This document shows positions 46,412-57,500 of a DNA stretch of 64,000 nucleotides, piece after piece. A program made the position numbers and the translations under genes. How positions within the stretch are numbered: position 1 is the stretch's first letter; the number at the start of each line of letters is the position of its first letter. The notes beneath the pieces are model-generated. The model was not told where the DNA came from and did not search any database. It saw only the letters and a list, made by a program, of their open reading frames with translations. Source of the stretch: Setoptus koraiensis (lineage: Eukaryota > Animalia > Arthropoda); the NCBI GenBank assembly GCA_048013815.1, contig CM106586.1, forward strand, positions 14,198,001 through 14,262,000, given 5' to 3'.

Positions 46412-49257
46412 CCAGCGGAATCATCGTTGTCGCTGATGCTGTCTAGAAAAAGGTTTCCACTAACCTCTCATCGTCACAAGTTTTCATATGAATACAACCA
46501 GTATTTTTGTGTGTTTTTGTATGTGTGTTTATATGAACACAAACAGAGTTCATGGTTTATTATTATTATTATTATTTAATCTGAGCATTAGATCAGGGAT
46601 CCGCTAACTGTATACGAGCGCGGGATAAATAACTGTTGCTGTTCAACTCAATAAATGTTCTATACAGTTCTTTACACTTGATACCAGCATTAGTAGAAAT
46701 AGAAGTCTGTCAATAGACATTATGCGAGACCAAAGAGTTGAGATAGCTACGACATGAGAGTGTTTATTTTGCCACCTGTGTCAGCGCTAAAACAATAAGC
46801 TTGTTGTTGTTGTTGTTGTCGCTGGCACCCTCTAAAATAAGTTTTGCCTATCTCCTCCAATGAACGTAGTCATTAACTTGTTTGTGGTGCTGATTTCATA
46901 ATGGTGACTAGAGTGTGGTAGCTAATCAGATCGCATCGCCAATCCGCCATTTCCGTTTCTACTAATAACAAACAAGGGCTTTGTGTCGGTGTTTCTAAAC
47001 ATGTCGTCAAATTTGGTTTTGCACTCCCTCTGTCACCGTGGTTTGTGTGTCGTAATCAAATTAATGCGCGATCGCATTTGATGAGGTAAAACGACAATCA
47101 GATAACATGCATATTAATGCTACACACATAGAGAGCTATATTGGTATATTAACAAAATGATTATATCTTATTAGCTTATTTAATTGTATCGCCAGCCGTT
47201 GTTGCTAAGCCAGCGTAATAATTAGTTTTATGCTCATCAGTCATTCCCGAAGAAATAATGCAATATTAATTCAAATGCTCCAATCAACTGCATGGTGATG
47301 ATGATGCAATCGTCACAAATGATGAACCGTTATCATACAGCTGTTGTTGAATAAGGCGACTGCAATTGCCACCAGCTCATTGGGACTTGAAAGATAGATA
47401 GAATAGCTAGATAATGTTGTTGAGAATAACAATTTCTCATCGGTACACACATATGCGTTTACGTTAGGGCAATATGGCAGAGTTCCTATAAACTAGATGA
47501 TATGATTCATCTCAATTAACTCTTTATGTTTTACTTACAATCATTCATGAGCTATTAAGCAACACAACCACTGGCGTCTAGCTGTTTGCTTGACTTCTAG
47601 CCGAGCCAACAGACTCGGCTGTAACTGTGTACAGGTGCGAATCATCAAGACGCATAGACACATGGATAGTTCGCCTATTGAATTATTACTCAAAGTAATA
47701 TGCTGGTGTTGGTGCCAAAACTCAAGGCATGAAAATCATTTGTGACAATAAAATCGCACCAAAACTGGACGAACCCTCTCGGTTCATTACCGTTATATTA
47801 GCATCGTCGTTATCCTTTATGATGGCTGCCCTCTGATTAAGATTATAGCATAGTTAACAATGACATTATTTCAGGCTAAACGATCAAGAATTTTCGCATC
47901 TCTGCTGTTCTCGTCAGTGTACAAGTAGTGTGCTGCTGGCCAGGTTAAATACAATTGTCAGGCAATTCAATTAAAAATTTACAAATTTTTGTCGCTATGA
48001 TTTATCACTCTCTGCTGGCAATATTATACAAATAAAGAATAAACGACCGACGACTATAATGCTAAATCAAAGCAACCGCTCATGATGCGACAAGTGGATC
48101 CTGATTGATACTGGATCTCGATGGAGAATGCACACACGAACTTTTTTTTTCATTTTCTGCAATCATTATTATTACACTGAATAGGAGTGTTCGCATCATC
48201 ATTCTGCGAGGCAGCCCGAGGAGCGAAGTAGTATTCAAGAATTTGCGGCGCAACAACCAACGGACAAATCGGAATATTCTCGAGCTAATTGATATTCTTG
48301 CGCTTTGTCCTGTGTATCGCCGAAATATGTTCTAGTCTGTGTAGAAGTAACTTTAGCCTGAGTTGGATCGATCAAACTCAAAAATTATTCACAGATCACT
48401 TCAATTCACAGACAATTATGATGATTTTAGAGAGTCTTCTCATGGACTCTTTCAACTTCTCATCATCATCATGTTGTCTCAGGCAACTTGTTTGATAGCC
48501 ACTCAATTGTCACCGAACATACATATTTTGAAAATTCCAACCATCTAAATTACTAGAATATGACGAGGCCATAGATCATACGGCCGGCCCTATCGATCAT
48601 CATGCCATGCATCACCAGTTTTGTTGTCGCTATTACTGTTGTTGTTTCTGCATGATCGTCTCTTCCCTCACTTCATGTTTACTGCACCGTTACGCTAGCA
48701 CTGCATGGACACCATAGGTTTATGACTATTAAGCCGAGTGTAATGGGTGATAACACTAATTAGTTAGTGAGACAGTAAGAGATAGACTCTTGGTGTGTTT
48801 CTATTTTTGGCATTCATTGACATAGTTGCCTTTGTTTGTGTGTATCTATGTGCCAGACAGTACAGTAAATATTAAGTTGCCAGTTTTAAACAAAATTGAA
48901 GCATTCAGTGACTGGCGCCCACTTGTAACTCTTCTTCGACTGCCTCGAAAGAAATGTCTGAGCGAACACATTTTTGACAATTAGTCATTTGTTCTTCAAA
49001 GAAACGACAGCTTGTCTTCTTCTTCGCTGCACCATGTGTGTTACGCAACATTCATTCTTTTCGTCGCAAGCCGAAGAAGAGTTACCAAACCAGCCAAACA
49101 TAGTCGACGATGCATGCATGCAAGATGGGAGATATTCGGGTCTTTTTTTATTTTCAGTTCTCCTATTAGTTGTAGGCATATTTATTATTTTGGTAAATAG
49201 AGGATTGGCATTCGTTCTTTCTAATACCAGAGAATACCAACCGTTCTGAATCTAGAT

Positions 49258-49668
49258 CTAATCTATTGTTACAACACCACCCGCATCTTCTAACTGTTTC
49301 TTGAGCGCCTCGGCCTCATCTTTGGTCACGTTGGACCGTATAACTTTCGGGCATTCCTCGACAAACCTCTTTGCCTCAACCAAATTGATACCCTCGACTA
49401 ATTTTTTGATTTCTTTGATTAGAGTGACTTTTTTGGTATCTTCGTATTTTGAGAGTTTTACTGTGAATTGAGTTTTAACACCGGCACTTTGAACAGCCTC
49501 TTCGTCGGCCTTGTTTGCGGTTGCTGCAGCTCCTACTGCCACAGCCAATGGCGCATCTGGGATATTTAGTGTCTTCCTAAGACTTTCATTTAATAGACTT
49601 ATCTCGTAGAATTTCAATTGTGAAATACTGTCCACAATTGCTTTTATGTGAGCGGGTGTCCGTTGCAT
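49258..49668 (-). CDS. MRPL12: Mitochondrial ribosomal protein bL12m (L7/L12), N-terminus unresolved
   Basis: IKAIVDSISQL..YEISLLNE.L.K.LNI (dimerisation helix), KT.FTVKL, K..LIKEIK....G.NLVEAK.FVE..P and EAE.LK..LE.AGG. No targeting peptide is found in the ORF. Confidence 0.9.
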   Translation of the reverse strand: MQRTPAHIKAIVDSISQLKFYEISLLNESLRKTLNIPDAPLAVAVGAAATANKADEEAVQSAGVKTQFTVKLSKYEDTKKVTLIKEIKKLVEGINLVEAKRFVEECPKVIRSNVTKDEAEALKKQLEDAGGVVTID

Positions 49669-50182
49669 CTTAGAGGTTTACTGTTGCGATCCTGAGTTGA
49701 TACCTGTCGTATAAATAGTATTATTGTAGTCGCGATTAATTATAGAACAAAGAATATCCAATTGAATCACGACTCATGGATATTATTGTTTGGACGGGAC
49801 GCACACGTGAGGTGCAGCAATGGTACTTCACAGCGCCCAATTTAAATTCAAATTATCATTGTTGCGATCACACTCAAGAGAGGGCGCAACAGCACCCATA
49901 ATTATTCACTTGTATACGGAACTTGAACTGTCTAACTTTTTTCTAGAATAACTTCCGATCCCCACGGTAGGCGGCGCTCAAACTTTTTTTCCATCACCAT
50001 CTTGATTGAGCAGTTCAAATTTAGCGCTTAGAGATCGAATACTCATTCGTTTTTAATTCGCATTTTTCAGGCCGAAACATAGAACATGTGATCTCTGTGG
50101 ACAATTATAATCAGATACATGTAACATTCGCATTCGGACAACATTCGCAATTAGGTCAATCTCACTCTATTTATTAATCAGA

Positions 50183-50910
50183 ATGGATTTTCTAACAAAT
50201 AAATCATCAAAGGCAAGCAGCCTCGCCACTAATAGGTCCATGTTTGCTCCCAAAGTAGGAAAAGCCGCAACCAAGGGACAAAAACAAATTTATGAGGACA
50301 ATTTAGCAACAATTAAATTCTATCAACTCACATCTGCTTCTATATTGGCAACAAATCTTTTAGCGACATCAATTTTCTTTTGGGATAAATCACCATGGGC
50401 AAATACAGTTAGTACAACATTTATGGTTCTATCTATTATAGTTTATGCAATTTCCATCGGAGGCATGAAGTTTATGGCGAAGCCCGCTTTTGCGCCCAAT
50501 TCAAAAACACTAGTGGATGGTGGAATTGACCTGAATATGGAGTCTGGTTTCGCTGAAAATCTCAAGGATCTTATGATATTAACATGGATCATGCAACTAC
50601 TATCTCTTATCTCAAATTATTTTTGGTATCTGTCATTACTGGTGAGTGTGTCCACTTATTATAAGCAAGACCATTGTGTCTCTTTATTGTCTTTATTACA
50701 CAAATTCCCTTACACATACTTTTACATCTTTCTATCTCAACTAACATACTTTAGATCCCTGCTAAGGCCTTCTATATGCTGTGGACTAACGTCTTGGGAC
50801 CATGGTTCTTTGCCCCAGCTCCGGAGGAACCACCCCAAGAGGTTTTAGATAAGAAACAGAGGAAGATGGAAAGGAGAATGAAACAATCTTCGCAAGTCAG
50901 ATATAGATAG
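50183..50910 (+). CDS. TMEM208: Transmembrane protein 208 (hSND2/SND pathway), 2 exons
   Basis: join(50183..50641,50755..50910); CTG|GTGAGT donor, TTTAG acceptor, phase 0. K..TKGQKQIYEDN, LVDGGIDLNMESGFAE.LKD, LL|IPAKAFYMLW.NVLGPWF and a basic tail KKQRKMERR. The start may be ATG 50240 (MFAPK). Confidence 0.93.
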
Positions 50911-51109
50911 TTATTTTTTCAATATTATTATTACATAATAGATTATTACATAATATTATTATTACTATTATAATTATGGTGATGATGTAGACACAGATGC
51001 TGTAGCTAATAATAGTAATATTAATAATAATAATAGCATGTGATTATTAATAATAATAATAATAATAGTAATAATAATAATATCGACAATTTGAAAGTGA
51101 CTATTATGG

Positions 51110-52102
51110 CTAAAATTGATTTGAAGCTGTCCTGTAGAGCTTCTTTTTGGATAACCTGTACAAGTCCGATATGGCAATAGAATTGCGTCCAAAATTTTTA
51201 AGGATACGATTGCTAACTTCATTGAGCCAGCCAGGTGTTACACGCTTAAGTGTTAGGTACATTTCAAATGTAGCCACCGAAAATGGATCTGCAAATTTGA
51301 AGCTAGCTATACGTTGACAGAAATCTTTCTCTTCGAGATTAATAAAGAGTGTGCATCCGCGTAATCCGCATGGTTCACTTTCGGACATCTGAACAATATC
51401 CTGAGCTATTAATAGTGTCAATTTGCATGGAATTGAAACTTGACAGCAATTTAAGAAGGTGGTTCTGGCCTGATGAAGGGCCATTTCAATTTGCTGTGCG
51501 ATGTGGTAAGTAACGTCGTCAGTATTCATCATGATGTCGGAGTCATTAGTGGGGGTCATGTAGTAGTTTTCAATATCGAATGGGGGCGCTCCTAGATGTT
51601 GTTGCGAAGAGTGAAAGTTGTAATTATTGTTATTACTATTATTATTATTGTTATTATTGTTGTTGCTGGCTTCTAGCGGCGGTGGTACAAGTTGCGGCTG
51701 TTGGTTTTTGTCCAATGAGTAGTTCTCGTCATTAAAATTATGTTGCTGATTATTAGCTGACGCTGCAAGCAATTGATGGGGCTTGGTATTGGTGTTTGTG
51801 GCAAGCGCCTTAGGAGGGTTCGTTGCGTAGTAGTGAAACTGTGGGATGGGGGCGAGATAGACCCTGGTCGAGTCATAGTATTGATCGTCGATGGGTTTCG
51901 CCTTATTGGTGGTGGTATTGTTGTTGTTGTTGGTGGTGGTGGTTATGTTGTTGGTGGTGGTTTGGCTCTTAGGTTGTGCGGTGTTAGCCGTTTTTTTGTT
52001 GTTATTGTCCGGTGATGGCCTCCTAAGTTGGCGATTGTCCTGCTGCTGCTGCTGAGGACTCCCATTTGACCTGATGAATCGGTTTTCCGCAGTCATAAGC
52101 AT
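51110..52102 (-). CDS. DDIT4: REDD1/DDIT4 family TORC1 inhibitor (scylla/charybde-like)
   Basis: RTP801 domain: IAQDIVQMSESEPCGLRGCTLFINLE, DPFSVATFEMYLTL and Y.LSKKKLY. Low-complexity N/T/Q N-terminus. First ATG is 52102; the frame stays open to 52245. Confidence 0.92.
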   Translation of the reverse strand: MLMTAENRFIRSNGSPQQQQQDNRQLRRPSPDNNNKKTANTAQPKSQTTTNNITTTTNNNNNTTTNKAKPIDDQYYDSTRVYLAPIPQFHYYATNPPKALATNTNTKPHQLLAASANNQQHNFNDENYSLDKNQQPQLVPPPLEASNNNNNNNNNSNNNNYNFHSSQQHLGAPPFDIENYYMTPTNDSDIMMNTDDVTYHIAQQIEMALHQARTTFLNCCQVSIPCKLTLLIAQDIVQMSESEPCGLRGCTLFINLEEKDFCQRIASFKFADPFSVATFEMYLTLKRVTPGWLNEVSNRILKNFGRNSIAISDLYRLSKKKLYRTASNQF

Positions 52103-53067
52103 CTTCACACTGCTATTTGGTGTTGCTGTTGATGGTGGTGGTGGTGGTGGTGGTTGTTGTTGTTGTTGGTGGTGTGGTGGATGCTGTTGTGGTTGTAGTG
52201 GTTGTTGGTGCTGCGGCTGCTGCTGCGTAGCGGTGACGATGTTGGCTTATGATGATTATTTTTGTTTATAATTATTTGGTTGGTTAGGCCGTTTGTAATG
52301 TTGCTCTGGCCGATGCGATATCACTATGCGTCTATCCACTAGTCACTCCAACGAGCAACTGTTTGCGTCAGTGCAGATGCGTGCGCTTTTGAATCGTTCG
52401 ACAGAGATTCGAAACTCTGCTCTCTTGTCTGCGTAGTTGTGCCTACTTTGTTTACGCTCCCAAGTCTCACAGTCAGTCGCAGTTGCTGAGTCGCTGCGCT
52501 TTGCCATTTGCTGAGTCGCTTCTTTAGTGGCAGTGGCCAGTTGGAGCCCGCGCTGAGTCGCGCCCGTGCGACTCACGTTCGGTGGACTTTTGAGTTTTTG
52601 AGCTGTCTCAGCAGCAGCGCACCAGTGGCACCAGTGCACCAAACAGTGCAACAACAGTGTGCACTACAGTCGAGCACAACAATAGTGTACTCAACACTGC
52701 ACAATGGTGCAGCTACGGCTGTAACAATCAACCCGACACACTGTGCACCATAAACATTGCGGACATTCTGTGCCAAAAATGCACTGCAACAGTCCGAGCA
52801 GCATAGCCAACAGAAATGTACACTGTACTGCACTGCACAACTAATGTACAAATAATGCGCACCGACGCAGCAAGTACAGCACAGCACAGCAGAGTAGTAC
52901 GCAAACAAAGTCAGGCTGCTCAAAGGCAAGTTGCATGTATAAATGGTGCACACATCAACCGCTGCCAGGGCATGACGACGGCTCAATTTGTGTGCGCCAG
53001 GCTCAACTCAACTGTTGTTGTTAAGTTGATATTTATGTCGTCGTCGTCGTCCATACTGTTAACTGAT

Positions 53068-53081
53068 GTGCGCATGCGCAC
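53068..53081. promoter_or_regulatory. Perfect NRF1/Erect-wing-type palindrome GTGCGCATGCGCAC
   Basis: Contains the consensus TGCGCATGCGCA, about 1 kb upstream of the REDD1/scylla CDS. Confidence 0.4.
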
Positions 53082-54550
53082 CAACAAGCAAATCAGCTGA
53101 TAGTGGGCGAACCAAGCCAAGAGGCAACCAACCACTTGTTTGCCACTGGCACTACATTCAATATACTAATACGAATAGTAATACTTATAGTAATAGTAAT
53201 ACTAATACTACATGTACTACGCTCAATGTGTAAGCTGCCTTTGTGATAAGCCTCTGCTAATGGTACCTCTCCATCCATTATCAATTTGCCCTTATAATAA
53301 TTTTCCTCTTGCTTATACCACATCAGCTGATGTGAGCTGTATTACATCAACACGACACTGGGTCGTCGTCGTCGTCGTCGTATAGTGTCGTAAACATACT
53401 AGATTCTTCTTGTTAGTAGGCTCACATGTTATTTTACACCTAGCACTACTCGTTGGCATCAGTGGATTGAGGTGGACTGGTGACTCAAACTTCTAGTAAT
53501 ATAGCTTGCTTCTAGCAATACAATTTACAAGGTGGCAAGTTTTTCTTCGATAGAATTCTTGTCATCTCGACGACGACTTATTCCACCACGGCTCATGTAC
53601 TGGCCCTGCTGCTGTACGTGTCACGCACTATCGCCAAGACTCTCACTTGGTCATCAACTGCTGCCACTAATTGTGTAAAAAGATGCAAAAATCAGCTAGC
53701 TACTCAGGCCAATCACCGTCCGTCCGACCGCCACCATTACATGTGTAATATCACACAAGTAATATCACAAATGTAATATTACATGTGTGATATTCAAATT
53801 GGATAGAGTGTGAAACAGGTCGAAATGTCTCAACGCTGCCCCATCTGACAACACAGTGAGTCGATGGCCTGAGTAGCTTGTTAGAGGCGATGATCACTTG
53901 CACTGTCCTTGCTAAGGCCAGCTCGCTGACCAAATCGCCACTAGCTCAACTGTAAGCCAGTCGTTGTGTAGTGGCACCCTAGCTCCTCCTTTTTGAGATA
54001 CCGAATGCATCGCACTCATTCAACTGCCAGACACAATAGCCTAATCGAGTTTTGTCAATCTCCGTGTATCTCTCTCTCGCTATAATATAGAGTCTATATG
54101 CGCACATGTACACACACATATATACATGTATATAAATATAAATATATGTATATATATAAATATATTAATAAATATATGTGCTAGCGACAATAGTATATAT
54201 TCGCACCAACTATGTATATGCGCGACATACTAATAGCTGAGCCATTACTATAAACTGTAGTGATACTAGTGAAAAATCACTGCTATTTCTGCGTTAGCCT
54301 TAAGTAGCTAACACTAGGAAGTTGCTTTAGTATAAATGCGTTCGTGTAGTAATGACGACAACAGCAACTTCAATTTATCAACTCTTCATTGTGGGCTCTG
54401 GCTGTCTGGACTTGTGAGCCGGGGCTCACGGACTGACCAAAGCCAAAGCCAACTGGCTGCTGGCGCTGCTGTTGTTGGCGCTGCTGTTGTTGCTGTTGCT
54501 GTTGTTGCTGAGTCCAGTTTGACCGGGCCGTCGTCGACGTTGCTGATGTT

Positions 54551-54581
<31 letters not shown>

Positions 54582-57500
54582 TTTTATTTCTTGTCGTCTT
54601 GTGTTCTAGCTCTCGCTCTACGGAGTCCCAGGCAGCGAGGCTCGTGAAGCGCAATAGTTTCGGGCAAATCGCGTGCGCCTAATAACAAGGCAGCAACAAT
54701 GCAATCTATAGGAGCCTATTCTTTGTTCGGCTGCTGCTGTCCCTGCGAGAACTGCTGTTATCAAGTCCACTCGCAACCAATCCTATACTGCACAGTTGTA
54801 CACTACTGTACGCCGCCGCCGTATACTATAGCCGTATTATAATAGCAGCATAATAGTAGTACGAGCCTGGCTGGCTGGCTGGCTGGCAATAATCAAAAGC
54901 CGATGCAACAATGCTGACTAATTGGCCCAGGGAGCGCCATGTCGAGCCAACAGCCACCCAGTCGACGACGGGCCAGCCAGACGGCCAGTCTGCAAAGACA
55001 ATAATAATGTGCGCATAATTTGTGCCAATCTATCGCTCGCTGCAGCAGCTATTTCTAGCCACGCTTAGCTAACTAACTAAATATAATCGCCTATCTACCC
55101 CCTTCAGCTACTCTGTCATTGGCAGCGGCAGCAGCAGCTATCTGTTTGTGTGTGTTTGCAAACTTACAAATGCCATATATGTTGGCCATATATGTTGGCC
55201 AGCGAGTTGTCTATAGCCTGTCGCAGTATTACGCTATTTTCTGCTATCTGCCGCTGTCTGCTGCTATGCATTATGTAATACGTATTATGTTGTATGTGAT
55301 ATGTAATATGTATTATGTAATATGTATTATGTGCCAGTGTATATGGTATCGTCATATTTGCGGCTGCGGCTGCGACCTTCGACCAGTGTTGTTGTCACTG
55401 TCATGCCTGCCAGCGACCAGCCGGCCTGCCGACCATCGCTCGATCGATGGCATCGGCATCGGCATCGGCTGCGGCATCGGCTGCGGCATCGGCTGCGGCT
55501 GCAGCGGCGCCGGCCTCGAACGGGCCCAATTAAAGCTATTATTTGCAGGCCCAGCCAACAACTTGTAAGTACATGCTTAAATAAATAGAGTTGCCATATT
55601 AAATGATGCTAATAATGTATGGACGGCCTCAAATGTGCATCCATCGCAACAACTGCCACGATATACATGATATTATATAATACTAGTTTACGCGCTAATG
55701 GTGGCCAACTGCCACTATGCTCAAAACTGCCCCATCAGCTGCTGCGTTTGCGACTCAAATCGGATGAGACTCGCCACTATGCTCGACGCTGCACAGCAGA
55801 CTCTGCTCCAGTACGCGAGACTCTAGTCACTAGAGTCCGGACTCTAGAGGTGAAGCTGCACACAAAGAAGCTGTGCCTACTGTGTCTGTAGCACTGCAAT
55901 AACTGCAGTGTGTGTGTGTGAACGTGAAACTAGTACACAGACGCAACAGCTGATCGATCAGCTGTTTGCGTCTTTGTTCCTCATCTCTTTGTGATGGTCC
56001 ACAATGTATCGTCGTCGTCGTCGTCGCATAGGCTGCCGTGCTACTCGAATCATTCGAGTCCAATGAGTGTTGTGACAAATGAACTTTGCTACGAGCCCAA
56101 CACTGCGTACACCAGTTAGTGTTAGGTGGCAGTTAGCGTTGTTGCAATTGTAACAACAACGGCCGCAACCACCGAGCCTCGTGTCGTTGCCATTGTGGGG
56201 GCACGATTTGTGGCGTCGACCGGTCGGTCGGTCGGCCGGCGGCTGGCTGGCACGTTGTCTTGCGAGCGACGCTTATCGGGCACAATTGGCAACTTGCGCC
56301 AAAGGATATATCACAAGAGAGAGCTGGGCGATACATTAACGAGCCGGCTGATATCGGCATAGGTGAGTGCGTCGTCGAGGCTCGATTAGCTCGGCGAGAC
56401 ATATCGATAAGCATAGAAAGTGGCAGGTAATAGCTGTTGGCGGATCATCGTCATATCGTGTTACAAGTCAACAGAGATAGGGCCAACGGTAGCGCCAATG
56501 TATCTATCCATGCGCCCTGTGACTCATTGGCAGTCATGGCACAACACACACACACAAACACACACACACACACATGCACCGTACACAGTCAGTCTAGATT
56601 CTGGAAACATTATCGGATGCTGGCAATCTCGTGGTGGATATTTTCCATTAGTTTTTTCCTTTTTTGGATTAATTTCTCATTCTCTCTCTCTCTCTCTCTC
56701 GCTCCCTATCCACTGGATGGTATCCACTTTATCCGACAGCTCACACAGCTGCTCTCGCAACTAGCCCATCCACAACCTTTGCTCTCTCGCACCCTGACTC
56801 ACACACACACACACGCACACACACACACTATCAATAGCTGCTATCAATAGGAATTCTTCGGCGCACAGGACCACGAATGCGACGAATGGCCGCCACGAAC
56901 GAAAGAATATCTCGCTAAAAATATTGATAATCTCCGTTAGCTCTTCATGTTAAGCTGCAGGCATGGTGGTAGTTTGATACCTCGCCGCCGTATAGGATAG
57001 GGGTGCCATAATGGCATAAAGCTCGCTGCTGGCGCCGCTCAGCTCGGATCAAACAACAACAGGCAATACAATACCGCATTCACCAGTGGCATGTGTGTGT
57101 AGCTTATGAACTCGTGAGCTCAACTGTTTCTGGAACATGACTGCCAACCAGAAGTGCAGCACTTCTATTTCCACTGTTGCCACCACTTCCAATGCGGCAC
57201 ATATACATTATGTAATGATAAAATAACACAGGGTGCTGCAAACAACTCTTGCAGTTGTCATTGTGAAGCCTGCCCTGACAGCGAGATACAGTCAGCGCTT
57301 GACAAAATGCGATAGGTCGCCCGCTAGCTGGATATACGATCGTGTGCGATAAATCCACGCGACTACATGCGACCCACCATACACCGACGATGCATGTGTG
57401 GATATCCACGCGCATACTGCACAGCGCAACTCTCGCAACCTGGCACAGTGCATACATTGACGGCCTGTGCATTGTGGCCGCTGTGGCCACTGTGGCCGCT

